Below are positions 1 through 10,660 of a stretch of 64,000 nucleotides of DNA, in pieces (the stretch's first letter is position 1; each line of letters starts with the position of its first letter). This stretch comes from Phoronis australis (lineage: Eukaryota > Animalia > Phoronida), in contig NMRA01000042.1 in the NCBI GenBank assembly GCA_002633005.1, forward strand, positions 432,838 through 496,837. The letters are read 5' to 3'. Made by a program: the position numbers and the translations under genes. The notes below the pieces were generated by a model. It had not been told where the DNA came from, did not search any database, and saw nothing but the letters and a program-made list of their open reading frames with translations.

Positions 1-16
1 GAGTTGCTGATGTTAG

Positions 17-35
17 TCCTTAACGAGACTTACAG
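17..35 (+). promoter_or_regulatory. U12-type (minor spliceosome) branch point and 3' splice site of ARL2 intron 1
   Basis: TCCTTAAC at 17-24, 11 nt before the end of the intron, with no polypyrimidine tract. The 5' splice site is outside the window. Confidence 0.7.
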
Positions 36-146
36 TGGCCTAGATAATGCTGGAAAGACCACCATATTGAAGAAATTCAATGGAGAGGACATAGACACTA
101 TATCACCTACACTAGGCTTCAACATAAAAACATTGGAGCATAGAGG
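36..146 (+). CDS. ARL2: ARL2 coding exon 2 (P-loop GLDNAGKTT)
   Basis: ttacag|TGGCCTAGAT...CATAGAGG|gtaagc. Confidence 0.96.
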
Positions 147-3100
147 GTAAGCCCACACTTGAAACGTCTGTGTATGTTTTAGCCTATTAGTAAGTAACTG
201 GCAATGTAGAAGCATTACCTGCTCAGCGGAGGCGCACTGCTTTCTGGTATTTCACCTGGTGTCTGACGTTTGTTACTGTATATGCTTGGTGACACTTCTT
301 AATTCTTGATTGTTGTGTGCAAATAGTGACACTGTCAAGGTTTGCATCGATCTGACTATTTTAGCATCCCCGGACTCATTCACTAGTAAATACACTCCAT
401 TGGGTTTGCCTGAGCTTTGTCTGAGGTTTTGATGTATGATTGTAACTACACAAGATTATCATGTGTGTCAGTGATGTGAAATGCGCATTCGTGCTTGAAA
501 TGTTACTCCCTCAATGTACTCCAGCTCCCCCTAGTGACAACTTTTATTTGAAGTTGTCTTGGGCATGCACGTGGTTGGGTAATTTCTCAAGAATTTTTGT
601 TCACTTGTAGTGTTATCATCAGCATTTGTCCATTTGTTGTACACCATGCATGCTTTAATTGTTTTTGGTGTATCCATGGTTCTTTCCAGTTTCAAATTGA
701 ATGTCTGGGATGTTGGCGGTCAAAAATCCCTACGTTCTTATTGGAGAAACTACTTTGAGAGCACTGATGGTCTGGTATGGGTGGTCGACTGTGCCGACAG
801 GAGGAGGCTGTCTGATTGTAAAAAGGAACTGTTTGCGCTTTTACAAGAAGAGGTATGCTATAATACACCTGACCTTTAACTCGTACCTATAATTTAGATG
901 AAGGACAACCACATAATATAGTGGACAAGTAAGATTTTGTTGTGTCGAATTTCACAGCAAAAGTAAAATTAAAGAAGTTTTGCTCTATTGTGATGAAAAT
1001 TTGTTTTAATTATTGAAAATAGCAAAATTGGTTCTGGCCTTTTTTGAAAATTGATTTGTTCATATGGTATTTTATTTAGTGGTCAATATTTAGTAACGAA
1101 AAAGTTCCCTAGTGCCATGAGAAATGGTTCAATGTCCTTTCCCTCCAGTGTCACTCGACGCCAGCTAAAATGGGTGGTGACCCTTTTTGCTCAGCGTCAC
1201 TTGATGCCTGATGAGTTTGAAAATAGCACACGTGTGCTTTGTTTGTGACAGGAGTTGTTAATCAAAACAGAATCCTGTCATGGAAAGTATTGTCGTTTGA
1301 GAGGCTTTGGATTTTAGGCCTATTTGGTTTGGCCAACCTTAAAACTGTATTCGATAATGGCCTACATACACATTGCCTCTGACTGAAATTGGTAGCATTA
1401 TTAAATGGAATCCTGTCACAGTAAGGAATGTTATGAGACTGATTTTAGAGAATAAAAGTCCCATTTTCATCTCTCAGCCTGCTGAACAGGGCAAAATGCA
1501 GCTTTTATATTTTGCCGCAATGACTTTTCATTGGCTTTAAGAGGAGTTTCCCATTGTGACAGCAAAAATGTTTTGTCCGTTTACTTTTTAACTAGCATTT
1601 AGTGTTTCTTGCATGTGTACGTAATAGTATGATTTCTTGTTTCAGAGGTTAGCTGGAGCCACGCTGTTGGTCTTTGCCAATAAACAAGATCTGCCGGGGG
1701 CTCTGCCAGCTGAAGAAATTAAAGATGTATGTTCACTCTTAAGCTAGTACCTCTGTGGACTGTGGTGGGAGTCCAACATTTGCAAGAAATATGTTAATTA
1801 GCAACAGTTGTCACTTGGAGTTGCACTGAGTTGGTAGTTTGCAAACGTCAGTCAAAATCTATCAGGAGTTTGCATACATGTCATTTCAATGCAAAACATA
1901 TTTACTGTGCAATTACATTGGGGTCCTCAGTAGCTCAGCGATAAGATCACTATACCGGCAATCTAGAGACCTGTAATTCGATTCCCACTTGGGTTCCTGT
2001 TTTTTTTGTGTTTATTTGATATTGATATTTCCCTATTGGCCAACATCAGCATCTATAATTAATATATTTACTCCATATGTTTACTCGTTTCCAGTTCTTG
2101 CAATTCTGGCAAAACTGATGAAGCTTTTTACTTGGTGAATTGAAATTTCTTCAATTATGTTGTTTTGTCGTGAATTTTTCATTTGTTTTTTTTCATGCTA
2201 GAGGGTCACAATTTTTGTCTCATCAACATCTAATTACCTCACGAGATGTATCTTGTTCAAATTTCAAGATGTATCAGGGCTCAACATTAACTTTTTAAGC
2301 CTCTTGCCCTTCGGGCAAGTAGTTGAAATTTTTACTTGCCCGAACAACGAATTCACTTGCCCCAAGTACAATCCCAAATAGCACTGTGCATGTGCACATA
2401 GGTAATGTGTTACCGTAGGGCTGCCTGTGCTGAGCCTCCTCTTGTGTTGTGCATGCTATATACATGAGTTGCTATTTTTTTAACGATTCTTNNNNNNNNN
2501 NNNNNNNNNNNNNNNNNNNNNTTGAGTTGTTGCTAAACTGAATTTCAATTTTTGCTATCCGTAAAAATCTTGCACAGTTTTGGTCATCGGTACCTTGTAT
2601 TGAATTAAAATCAAATTTTAACATATAATAATGCCACATGTACTTTTATTTTCAATAAATAATTACATTTTTGAAAAATAGATAGACCGCGAAAAAGTCA
2701 CCCTTCAGACTTCAGAACGGCAATCCCGAAGACCGTATTCCTCTTCTTTCGGGAGTCGCCACTGGGAGCCGGGAAATTCATAAGAATAATCAATGTCCTT
2801 TGGAATTCCCCCTGAATAAATACCAGGCCTTTTAAACTGCTGTGTAGTGTAGAAAATATGTCGTCAATCATTCACTTTTTAGCTTTTGCGCTTATCTGTA
2901 TGACTTACATCCGCTGACGAACGCGGTGCATCCAGCTGTACATGGGTAAACGCCGGCAAAAATCAAACGTCATCCCTTGTTCACTGTCTCGCAGGCCAGA
3001 AAAAACTAATTTCCCATCCCCGCACTCTTTTCGTTTCATATTATTGCTTTGATTCTTCCTGAACACGTTTTTTAGCAACTAAACCAATGCCGTCCAGGCC

Positions 3101-5748
3101 TGGACGGCTTCCATGTTTAGACGTTTTGCCAGAGTGCAGACGATCAGTAGTATCACGTGACAACTTATTCAGAAACTGCAGGGCACGTTCAGAGAATCGA
3201 AAGGATTTGACCGCGAGCGTCATCTGTGCACGCTTTATCACACTCGTTCAATTTTCCTTTCGGTGCTCATTCGAAGACTGGAGTTTCTTTGACGGCCACA
3301 GGGACTTTTTCGACGGTTTTTAAGCTTGTGTCGGGGTTCGTTACTTTGGAGCAAATGTCGAGCAGACAATCTTAGGATCTACTTGCCTATGCGGCTAGCT
3401 TTTTAACTTGCCCATCGGGCAAGTACTTTTCAAATTCCACTTGCCCGACGCAAAATCTACATGTACACGGGCAATCGGGCAACCGTTAGTGTTGAGCCCT
3501 GTGTATCTTGTTAAAAGCTTGATGTGTTTTGTTTTTGGGTGTCTCCTTCAACTAGCCAGCAATAGTGTGGGAGCTCATGTACATGACAAGAATAACAAAG
3601 TTGGTTGAGTAATGATGCAAGGTACGACGAAGTTGGCTTAGTAATGATGCAAGGTACGACAGAGTTGACTTAGTGATGATGCAAGGTACAACGAAGTTGG
3701 CTTAGTAATGATGCATGGTAGGACAGAGTTGGCTTAGTGATGATGCAAGGTACGACAGAGTTGACTTAGTGATGATGCAAGGTACAACGAAGTTGGCTTA
3801 GTAATGATGCATGGTAGGACAGAGTTGGCTTAGTGATGATGCAAGGTACGACAGAGTTGACTTAGTGATGATGCAAGGTACGACGAAGTTGGCTTAGTAA
3901 TGATTCAAGGTACGACAAACGTTATTGCAAAACCTTATCTCCACAGTAACATGCCACTCTATAACAGCAATTTGACTTGGGGTCATAAAACCACTAGCAC
4001 GCGTTATTGGTCATGAATGCCCTGAGAAATTGGAAAACCCTATTTGTGGAGTCGTGGATGATACCCTGCAGCAATGTCTTTTTGTCTTTTATCTTTGTGA
4101 TTATTGTGGGTGCGTCAGTGTTAAAAACAACATTGTTGTCCTCGCTGATGTTGTTGGTGTTGCTGGAGGCAGATGTTGACAATGTCGTTGGCATTGTTCT
4201 GGACTCTCAGGTCCTTTTGAGTTGTCCTGGGTAATGTAGACGTTGTCCAGTAAGGAGATGTGGCTATTATCGCTTTAGTATATTTTGTCATGTGTCACTC
4301 TGTCAGAATGTTTTCAGTTTTGTCTCCAATCATTTATGCTTGGATTTCAACTACTGTCATGTTTTTTGCATTTTGTGCTCTTTTGAACATTGAATCTAAA
4401 CTGAAAAGGATTCGAGACACCTGTGATGACTTTGTGGCTGTTTTGAGAACAAAACTAGTTTGCACAAATACTGTAGGTCCGGAAATTGCCATTTGACAGA
4501 GTGGCGCCCTGGGACTTGCCTGAAGAAATTGAATATGCCTTAGAATGCTTCAAGATATTTTAGTTACTCCCTCCTGAACTCTGTTTGTAATTTGTTGCCA
4601 GTAGTAGCAACCCAGTAAGACTATAGCTATTAGTCATTTATAGTGAGTTTGGCTCTACATCTTCTGATTGACAATATTTTCAGAGTTTGATTCAGTATTT
4701 TTTGTTCAATGTCATACCGCCTCCAAGCGTGATGGACAAAAACACGATACGCAATAGCTTTGAAATTGAATTCGTGAATTTTGCAGTGAGATCAGCCTGT
4801 CATAAATTCTGGATAACTTAAAAATAGTATTCATTTTGGCTGGAATCAGTTAGGCCTAGCCTGTCCAGCTATTTTAGACTCAGGCTATCATTGGTTTTTT
4901 ACTTTGGGATTTGGGGCATGTATTGAACCATGGATAGTGCTGGGGGTGAATCTTGCTTTGAAATTTACCAGCATTGTTCTCAAAGTCTCTTTAATTGGTT
5001 CACAGGAAAGAGGAGGAACAATTGGGCAGAACGTGATTTCAGAAAAATGTACAGTATGAAATATTTTTCCAAATTATTTTAAGTAGTTTTGGAAGATAAC
5101 TTTTTGCTCATGTATTAAGGTATAGCAGAGCGTTTGCTGGGTGTTGTTTTTAACCTCTGAGTACACAGAACATTTTTAAGACTGAATTAGGTTGGCAAAT
5201 GACAGAATTATTATCAGATGTCATTTGTCAAAAGTTACGTTAATCACATATTTCCTCCAACATTTTTCACCGTGTAATATTTTAAAATTGGTCACAATAA
5301 TAAGAGAAAACAATAAAAAGTAACAGTTCCCTGGAAAACTTGTTGTTTTAGCAATGATGTGTTTAACTCAAGTGTTTAATGACAGGTGCCTCTGATTTCT
5401 TAACTAGAAACAACACGGAAAAGAAAAATAATGTTGCAATATCTTTTTTTATCTTTTTAAACTTTATTTGTAATTTGTCTAAAAAATCTGGTGGAAAAAG
5501 GGCGTGTACTGTGGTGCCTGCCAATAAGCCTGCGCAATTCTTGTTTCCCGGTCATGTAGTTCACCATAGTTAAAGTAGATAGTTCAACTATATTCCTGGT
5601 TTACTTGTTTCAGACCTTAGAGTTAGACAACATCAAGTCACATCACTGGATGATTCAGGGTTGTAGTGCTGTAACTGGAGACAATCTACTGCAAGGAATA
5701 GACTGGATTGTAGATGATATCGCCTCCAGGATATTTACCATGGATTAG
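36..5748 (+). CDS. ARL2: ADP-ribosylation factor-like protein 2 (coding exons 2-5; exon 1 lies upstream of the window)
   Basis: Exons 36-146, 690-852, 1646-1726 and 5614-5748 (111/163/81/135 nt, all AG/GT flanked) join in frame: [70 protein letters not shown]...[20 protein letters not shown]...[43 protein letters not shown]. G1/G3/G4/G5 motifs are present and the sequence is ARL2-specific. Confidence 0.97.
690..852 (+). CDS. ARL2: ARL2 coding exon 3 (WDVGGQ)
   Basis: ttccag|TTTCAAATTG...GAAGAG|gtatgc; core of ORF 610..879. Confidence 0.96.
1646..1726 (+). CDS. ARL2: ARL2 coding exon 4 (NKQD)
   Basis: tttcag|AGGTTAGCTGGAGCC...AAAGAT|gtatgt; [27 protein letters not shown]. Confidence 0.96.
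1921..2007 (+). pseudogene. Degenerate tRNA-like sequence (tRNA pseudogene or tRNA-derived SINE head)
   Basis: A-box-like TAGCTCAGCGATAAG and B-box-like AATTCGATTCCC at tRNA spacing, followed by a T-run; stems are imperfect. Confidence 0.55.
2275..3501. mobile_element. Non-autonomous hAT-like DNA transposon with 5-bp TSD and degenerate transposase N-terminus
   Basis: TIRs CAGGGCTCAACATTAAC / GTTAGTGTTGAGCCCTG, TSD TGTAT, subterminal ACTTGCCC repeats. The minus strand at about 2880-3070 has a frameshifted remnant (YETKRVRGW...[13 protein letters not shown]...[10 protein letters not shown]) resembling the TTF-type Zn finger of ZNF862-like hAT transposases. Contains a 30-N gap. Confidence 0.8.
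3608..3917. repeat. Minisatellite, about 32-bp unit, about 10 copies, with a 3-unit higher-order pattern
   Basis: AGT(A/G)ATGATGCAAGGTACGACAGAGTTG(A/G)CTT repeated head to tail; variant units recur every 96 bp. Confidence 0.93.
5614..5748 (+). CDS. ARL2: ARL2 last coding exon (CSA motif, stop TAG)
   Basis: tttcag|ACCTTAGAG...ATGGATTAG; AATAAA at 5845-5850 downstream. Confidence 0.96.
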   Translation, partial: TLELDNIKSHHWMIQGCSAVTGDNLLQGIDWIVDDIASRIFTMD

Positions 5749-7763
5749 TTGATGGATGAACAATATTGGACGCCTCGAAACTAACCAGGTATTGCAAGCA
5801 AAGCAAGACCATTACAGAAATTCCCATAGAAGTGTATGCATTCAAATAAATCATGTGCCATGCTGATGAAGTATTCATGTGTCAAGAAGAGAGACATTTG
5901 TGATTATCTAGTCAAAAACACATTACCATGAGGTCTTAGAGATACGTGGTGGAGAAGAGGATTTGGTTCTGATATGTATTCAGACGAGCTGTGAGTCGCA
6001 GCTGACTGTAGGCACATCTCTGATTTCTTGCTGTAGGTGGTGAGGCAGATCATGGTATCTTTGATGGTGATTTTGGAATTACTGATGTCACATTTAACAG
6101 TTCCCAACACCTGCGGTTATGTAACTGTCCATTGTTTGGGCATTTCCCCCAGTTTAGCTGTCATGTTGAATTTCTTAACTGCTATGCTCATCCGATCTTG
6201 AATTGTTGTTGAATGAGTCATCAACTCAAGTTACAGTAAATGCCTACATGCCCCATGTTTGAATTACTAGTTTATTCTCAGCCAATGCCAGTGAACTCTG
6301 AAGAGTGTCATTGAGTTGCTGATGGTTTGTTGTTATTGGAAATCACAACCTAACACCAAATGATGAGAAAAATTTTATTGAGCTGTTAACTAACATAAGT
6401 ATTTTTTTGTTTTTGACTTGTAAATACAGACAAAAGGCAGTTGTCACCAGCCTATTCTCTTTCTCATGGTATGTTGTATGTCCACAAATGTTGTTATTGT
6501 ACTGTTGTCCTACTCCACTTTGTAAGAAACAAGCCTACACCAATGTAATAGGGATATTTGGTCTAATTTGTATTTTGATGTATGTTCAGGATTGGTGTTT
6601 TGACCTGAAATGTAGTTACATTTGCATATATGCATTGACATGGCCTCTCTCATGGCAGCCTACTTTACTGTTTATGTCTTAGTGGAAGACACCTGGCATA
6701 TGATTAAAAAATGTTTTATCTCTGATTTGAAATTTAATTTGACATGTTCAAATAAGTAATGATTTTGTAATGGATTCTGTTGATGAATATATGAATTAAC
6801 GAATTATTCTTTTTATATCATTTAATTAGTTTCGCTGTGTAAATAATTTGTTTTGTAGTTGGCTTTGTTGAACTAATAATAATTCAAATAAACTATTGCT
6901 GTTATTCCATTATTAAGCAGAATACAGTATTTCTCACGTGACCTGGAATGTGTTACAACACGACTGGTTAATAACACCGAGTTCCTAATTTTTTGATATT
7001 ACATGGGCAAATCACAAAGTAGTGCAAAGTAGAAATCCATACGCCTCACATTTTATCGTCTGGGTACACAAAAACGACCAAACGCGCGCCAATCAAACAA
7101 TGCCGGGATTCCGAGAAGGTGACAAGGTCATGATTGACAAATCGGGTGTCAACTGTACGTATTCCTAGTGCGGATGGACATATAAGCAACTTCTTAAACG
7201 GACCCATCTTCGGCGGCGAATTCCATATCCGCGTTCATTCAAACGGAGACGAACCCCAACTCAAACGCGATGAGATTGTCTAGTTGTGGTATCGCAAGGT
7301 CAATTCAGTGCTCACGCGCGGGGAAGCCTTGCTGACTATTATTTATAAACATTTTTTAAGTTTCAATATTGCAACTTCTTACTAAAAACGCAACCAGAAT
7401 GCACAATCTATAGCAGTGTGACCTGGCTTTAGTTCTAGGCCTAACCTCCCTGGTGTCCACGGGGTTCACTCATTACAACCGAAAGCCCTGAATAGCATGT
7501 TTGGTAGGTTTGGATTCGATCGCCCGACGTCAGCGTTTTCAACAGATGGTTTTTGCGTTCCGTATTGGAATGTGTTTAGGACAGTTTTTCATGGTTTATT
7601 AGTTTAGATACTTCCTTGTACATATTAAGTTTAAAGTAATCTGTTATTGAGTGAAGACATTCTTGGAACATCTATTTACTTCTTCATGGAATAGATCTTA
7701 GTTCATTACATTTGTTTATGTTTCATTGCCTTGCTTTAATTCCATAGATTTCAGTTGACTTGT

Positions 7764-8561
7764 TAGACCCTCTATTACATTAGATGTTTATGTACTTAGT
7801 GACATTGTTAACCTATTGTATTCGCATGCCGGTAGCAGCTTACTCTGTAAACCTATTCAGCTGCCTCTATTGTTAAGACTTGATTTGTATTTACAAACAT
7901 CCCAGCCCAAACTTCATCCCCATTGGTTGCTTTTGTATTTGGTACGCATTCTGACTGGTCGAATAGGTTCACTTACAAGTTATATGCAATATCTTTATAC
8001 TACCACACCAGAAGCTTTTAATACGTCATATCCAACACGTGTGTTTTTCTCTACGAACCATCTCGGTTTTTTGTCCTTGCACAATAAACCCCCACATCTT
8101 TTTGGTGCCGTGGCCCGGATAGGTGGTCTGCACGTGTCTGATGCATCGGGTACCAGACCACCTGCACAATTTTTTGCATATTTGATAGAAAAAAACCGAA
8201 AGAGAATATCTTTTTATTTAATCAGGAAAGTAAATATACAAATAGATCCTCTATTCCATAAGATGTTTATGTACTTAGTGACACTGTTAACCTATTGTAT
8301 TCACATACCTGTAGCAGTTTAACTCTGTAATCCTATTCAGCTGCCTCTATTGTTAAGACTTGATTTGTATTTACAAACATCCCAGCCCAAACTTCTTCCC
8401 CATTGGTTGGTTTTGTATTTGGTCGAATAGGTTCACTTCGCAAGTTATATGCAATATCTTTATGCTACCACACCAGAAGCTTTTAATACATCATATCCAA
8501 CACGTGTGTTTTTCTCTATGAACCACCTCGGGTTTTTGTCCTTGCACAATAAAACCCCACA
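7764..8561 (+). mobile_element. Internally deleted LTR retrotransposon (3' part of 5' LTR, tRNA-His PBS, short leader, partial 3' LTR); 5' LTR may start as far left as about 6950
   Basis: Direct repeats 7764-8096 and 8243-8561, each ending AATAAA..CCCCACA. PBS TGGTGCCGTGGCCCGGAT at 8103-8120 matches the complement of the tRNA-His 3' end at 16/18 positions. Confidence 0.72.
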
Positions 8562-9851
8562 TTCCCCACAGGAGTACAGTGAAAACGGAATTTTCTAAAC
8601 GTTTAGCGTATCCATTTGAATTGTGTTAGTGAGTCTGGACATGAGTTTTTTGTGGCTATGCCCAGTTTTGTCAGTCTGTCACTGTGTTTGGCAGACTGGG
8701 AGCAGTGTTTGTGATCAGCTGTTTCACGGAGTTTTCACGGGTTCTGTTGCCGTGATTATAAACAAAAAACTCTAATGACGACCTGTGTTGACGGGGCCTG
8801 AGTTAGAGTTGGAAGATTGGATTTCGGGCTTAGATTTTTCTTCGCTTCAGATTGAACTTGATATGTTTACAATCGAATTGTACTAAATATCAAACGGATT
8901 TCCAATGTTCAAGGGCGAGCTTCGATGTTCGTTTTCACCGTGCACACGGCTGAGTACAGGCATCAATAACCTTTCGGCATTCAGTATATTATTATAATGC
9001 ACAAATGCAATAGTAATTTTTCTCGATTTGCAGTGAGATGATAAAATACGCTTTGTCGCTAGATGGCGATATATTAGTTGATTAACAACGTTCTGCAATA
9101 TTTCATGGCTTTAATTTCTCAGAATTTTTCATCAGCTGTCAAATTGTCACTCCCGTGCGGTGGAATGTTCACATTATTTAGACCAAAATATCCAAAGTCT
9201 CGAAATGTCTTTTGTGCTCTCACATTTATAGATTTGTATTTATAATATTTCCTATTCCCAGTGGACAATTCCTTAAAAGTTTGTGCTAGATGGATACCTA
9301 CTGTCTCAGTACTTTTGCAATCGGCGTTATGATTAAATAAAACCAGCTTTCTCTAATGGGCAAAACTAATTGAAAACCTGGTTACCTGATAACTGCTAAA
9401 CTGCGTAGTTTTTGGGGTTACAATAACTATAGTGCTGTTGTTGGATACCATTCATAAACTCTATAATTACGTGCCAAGCAAAGTGAGCTTAAGAACAATG
9501 CGGCACCTGAAGGTCATGTGATTGAATATATCTAGGGCCATTGGCCTCGCATAGTGTTGTGAAACCAAAAGCAAAAGAAAAACACATTCTTGTAAGAAAA
9601 TCGAAGTATTTTGATGAAAAAGCTCCAAACAACTATTGGGGTTTTGCTTGCGATAATGTGTTATTTTGTTCAACTTTGCATATTTTATTCACCCTTCATC
9701 GTCGCTGATTATGACAGACACTTTAATATGATTCGCAAAATCAACAACAAAAAAGAAACCAAAAGACGTTTTCCATTGTATTACTCATTGTATTACGGCA
9801 TGCACATCCGTTTTCAGTCGAAGCGCGAACATGATTTTGACTGCAACGCTA

Positions 9852-10660
9852 TTAGTGCCCGTGATATTTTTTTGTCTTGTAATGTCTGCTGTAGGTTTTG
9901 CCGTATTTTGCTGCAATTTCTTCAACCTTATTGTCTTTGTTACCACCTTGATAGTCTTCACTGTCATCACTGTCACCATTCATGGCTATGATGTCGTTGT
10001 TTGTGGACTCATGGTCACCACCACTGGTATCGCTAGCGGCATCATTGTTGTCAGTGTTGTCATCCTTAGCGTTCTTTAAGTCATTCTCAGCGTCCTTGGT
10101 GTCATTGTCATCATCGTCAATGTCGTCCTCACCGTCGTTGGTTTCATGGTCATCGTTAATTTCAGCCCCGTCTGCGTCACTGATTCCGTCTTTAACATTG
10201 TTTTCGTCGTCATTCTCTTGCCGTACATCGTCATTGACGTCACTTACATACCCCCATTCGTCACTGTTATCGCCGCCGTCGGTCTCACCGGCACTGACTC
10301 GGTCTTTGGCGTTATCTTCATTACTTTGACGTACATCCTCATTGTCTTCACGTTCATCATCATTGACGTTACTGTCGTCCTCATTTGTCTCACCGTAGCT
10401 CCCTTTGGTCTCATCGGCTCTGACTCGCACATCGCCATTGACGTCAGTGTCCCTCTCTTTGTCGCCAACGTTACTATGCTTGGCATCACTGCCACCGTCC
10501 TTGCCGTCGTCGGTTTCGTCGTTGTCTTCATTTTCATCCTGATGACTTCGTCCATCATTGTCATCATCGTTGTCACCATAACGGTCATCATCGAAATCAT
10601 CTCCCATGCCACCATTCAATTTTCCTAAAACGGCTTTCCACGGATCCTTTTCTTCTGGTT
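9852..10660 (-). CDS. Acidic protein A terminal exon (D/E/N-rich domain plus basic K/Y/H tail)
   Basis: ttgttacag|AACCAGAAGAA acceptor at 10661 extends ORF 9852..10619 upstream in frame; 809 nt open; polyA signal about 160 nt after the stop. Confidence 0.82.

Noticed and set aside
1921-1997. Functional tRNA gene
   Set aside because: Acceptor and T stems pair poorly and the D-loop GG and B-box G are mutated. Treated as a pseudogene or SINE.
3608-3917. CRISPR-like array of about 32-bp repeats
   Set aside because: Units are contiguous with no unique spacers, there are no cas genes, and the context is a eukaryotic intron. It is a minisatellite.
7816-8322. 168-aa ORF
   Set aside because: It runs across LTR, PBS and LTR sequence and has no recognisable gag/pol motifs.
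8571-9090. Possible Crypton-like remnant (LTGPELELEDWISGLDFSSLQIELD), also about 33960-34980
   Set aside because: Only a vague resemblance; no catalytic motif or defined ends could be demonstrated.
9831-10628. Hydrophobic or Ser-rich ORFs on + and a T/M-rich ORF on -
   Set aside because: Shadows of the acidic terminal exon of gene A.
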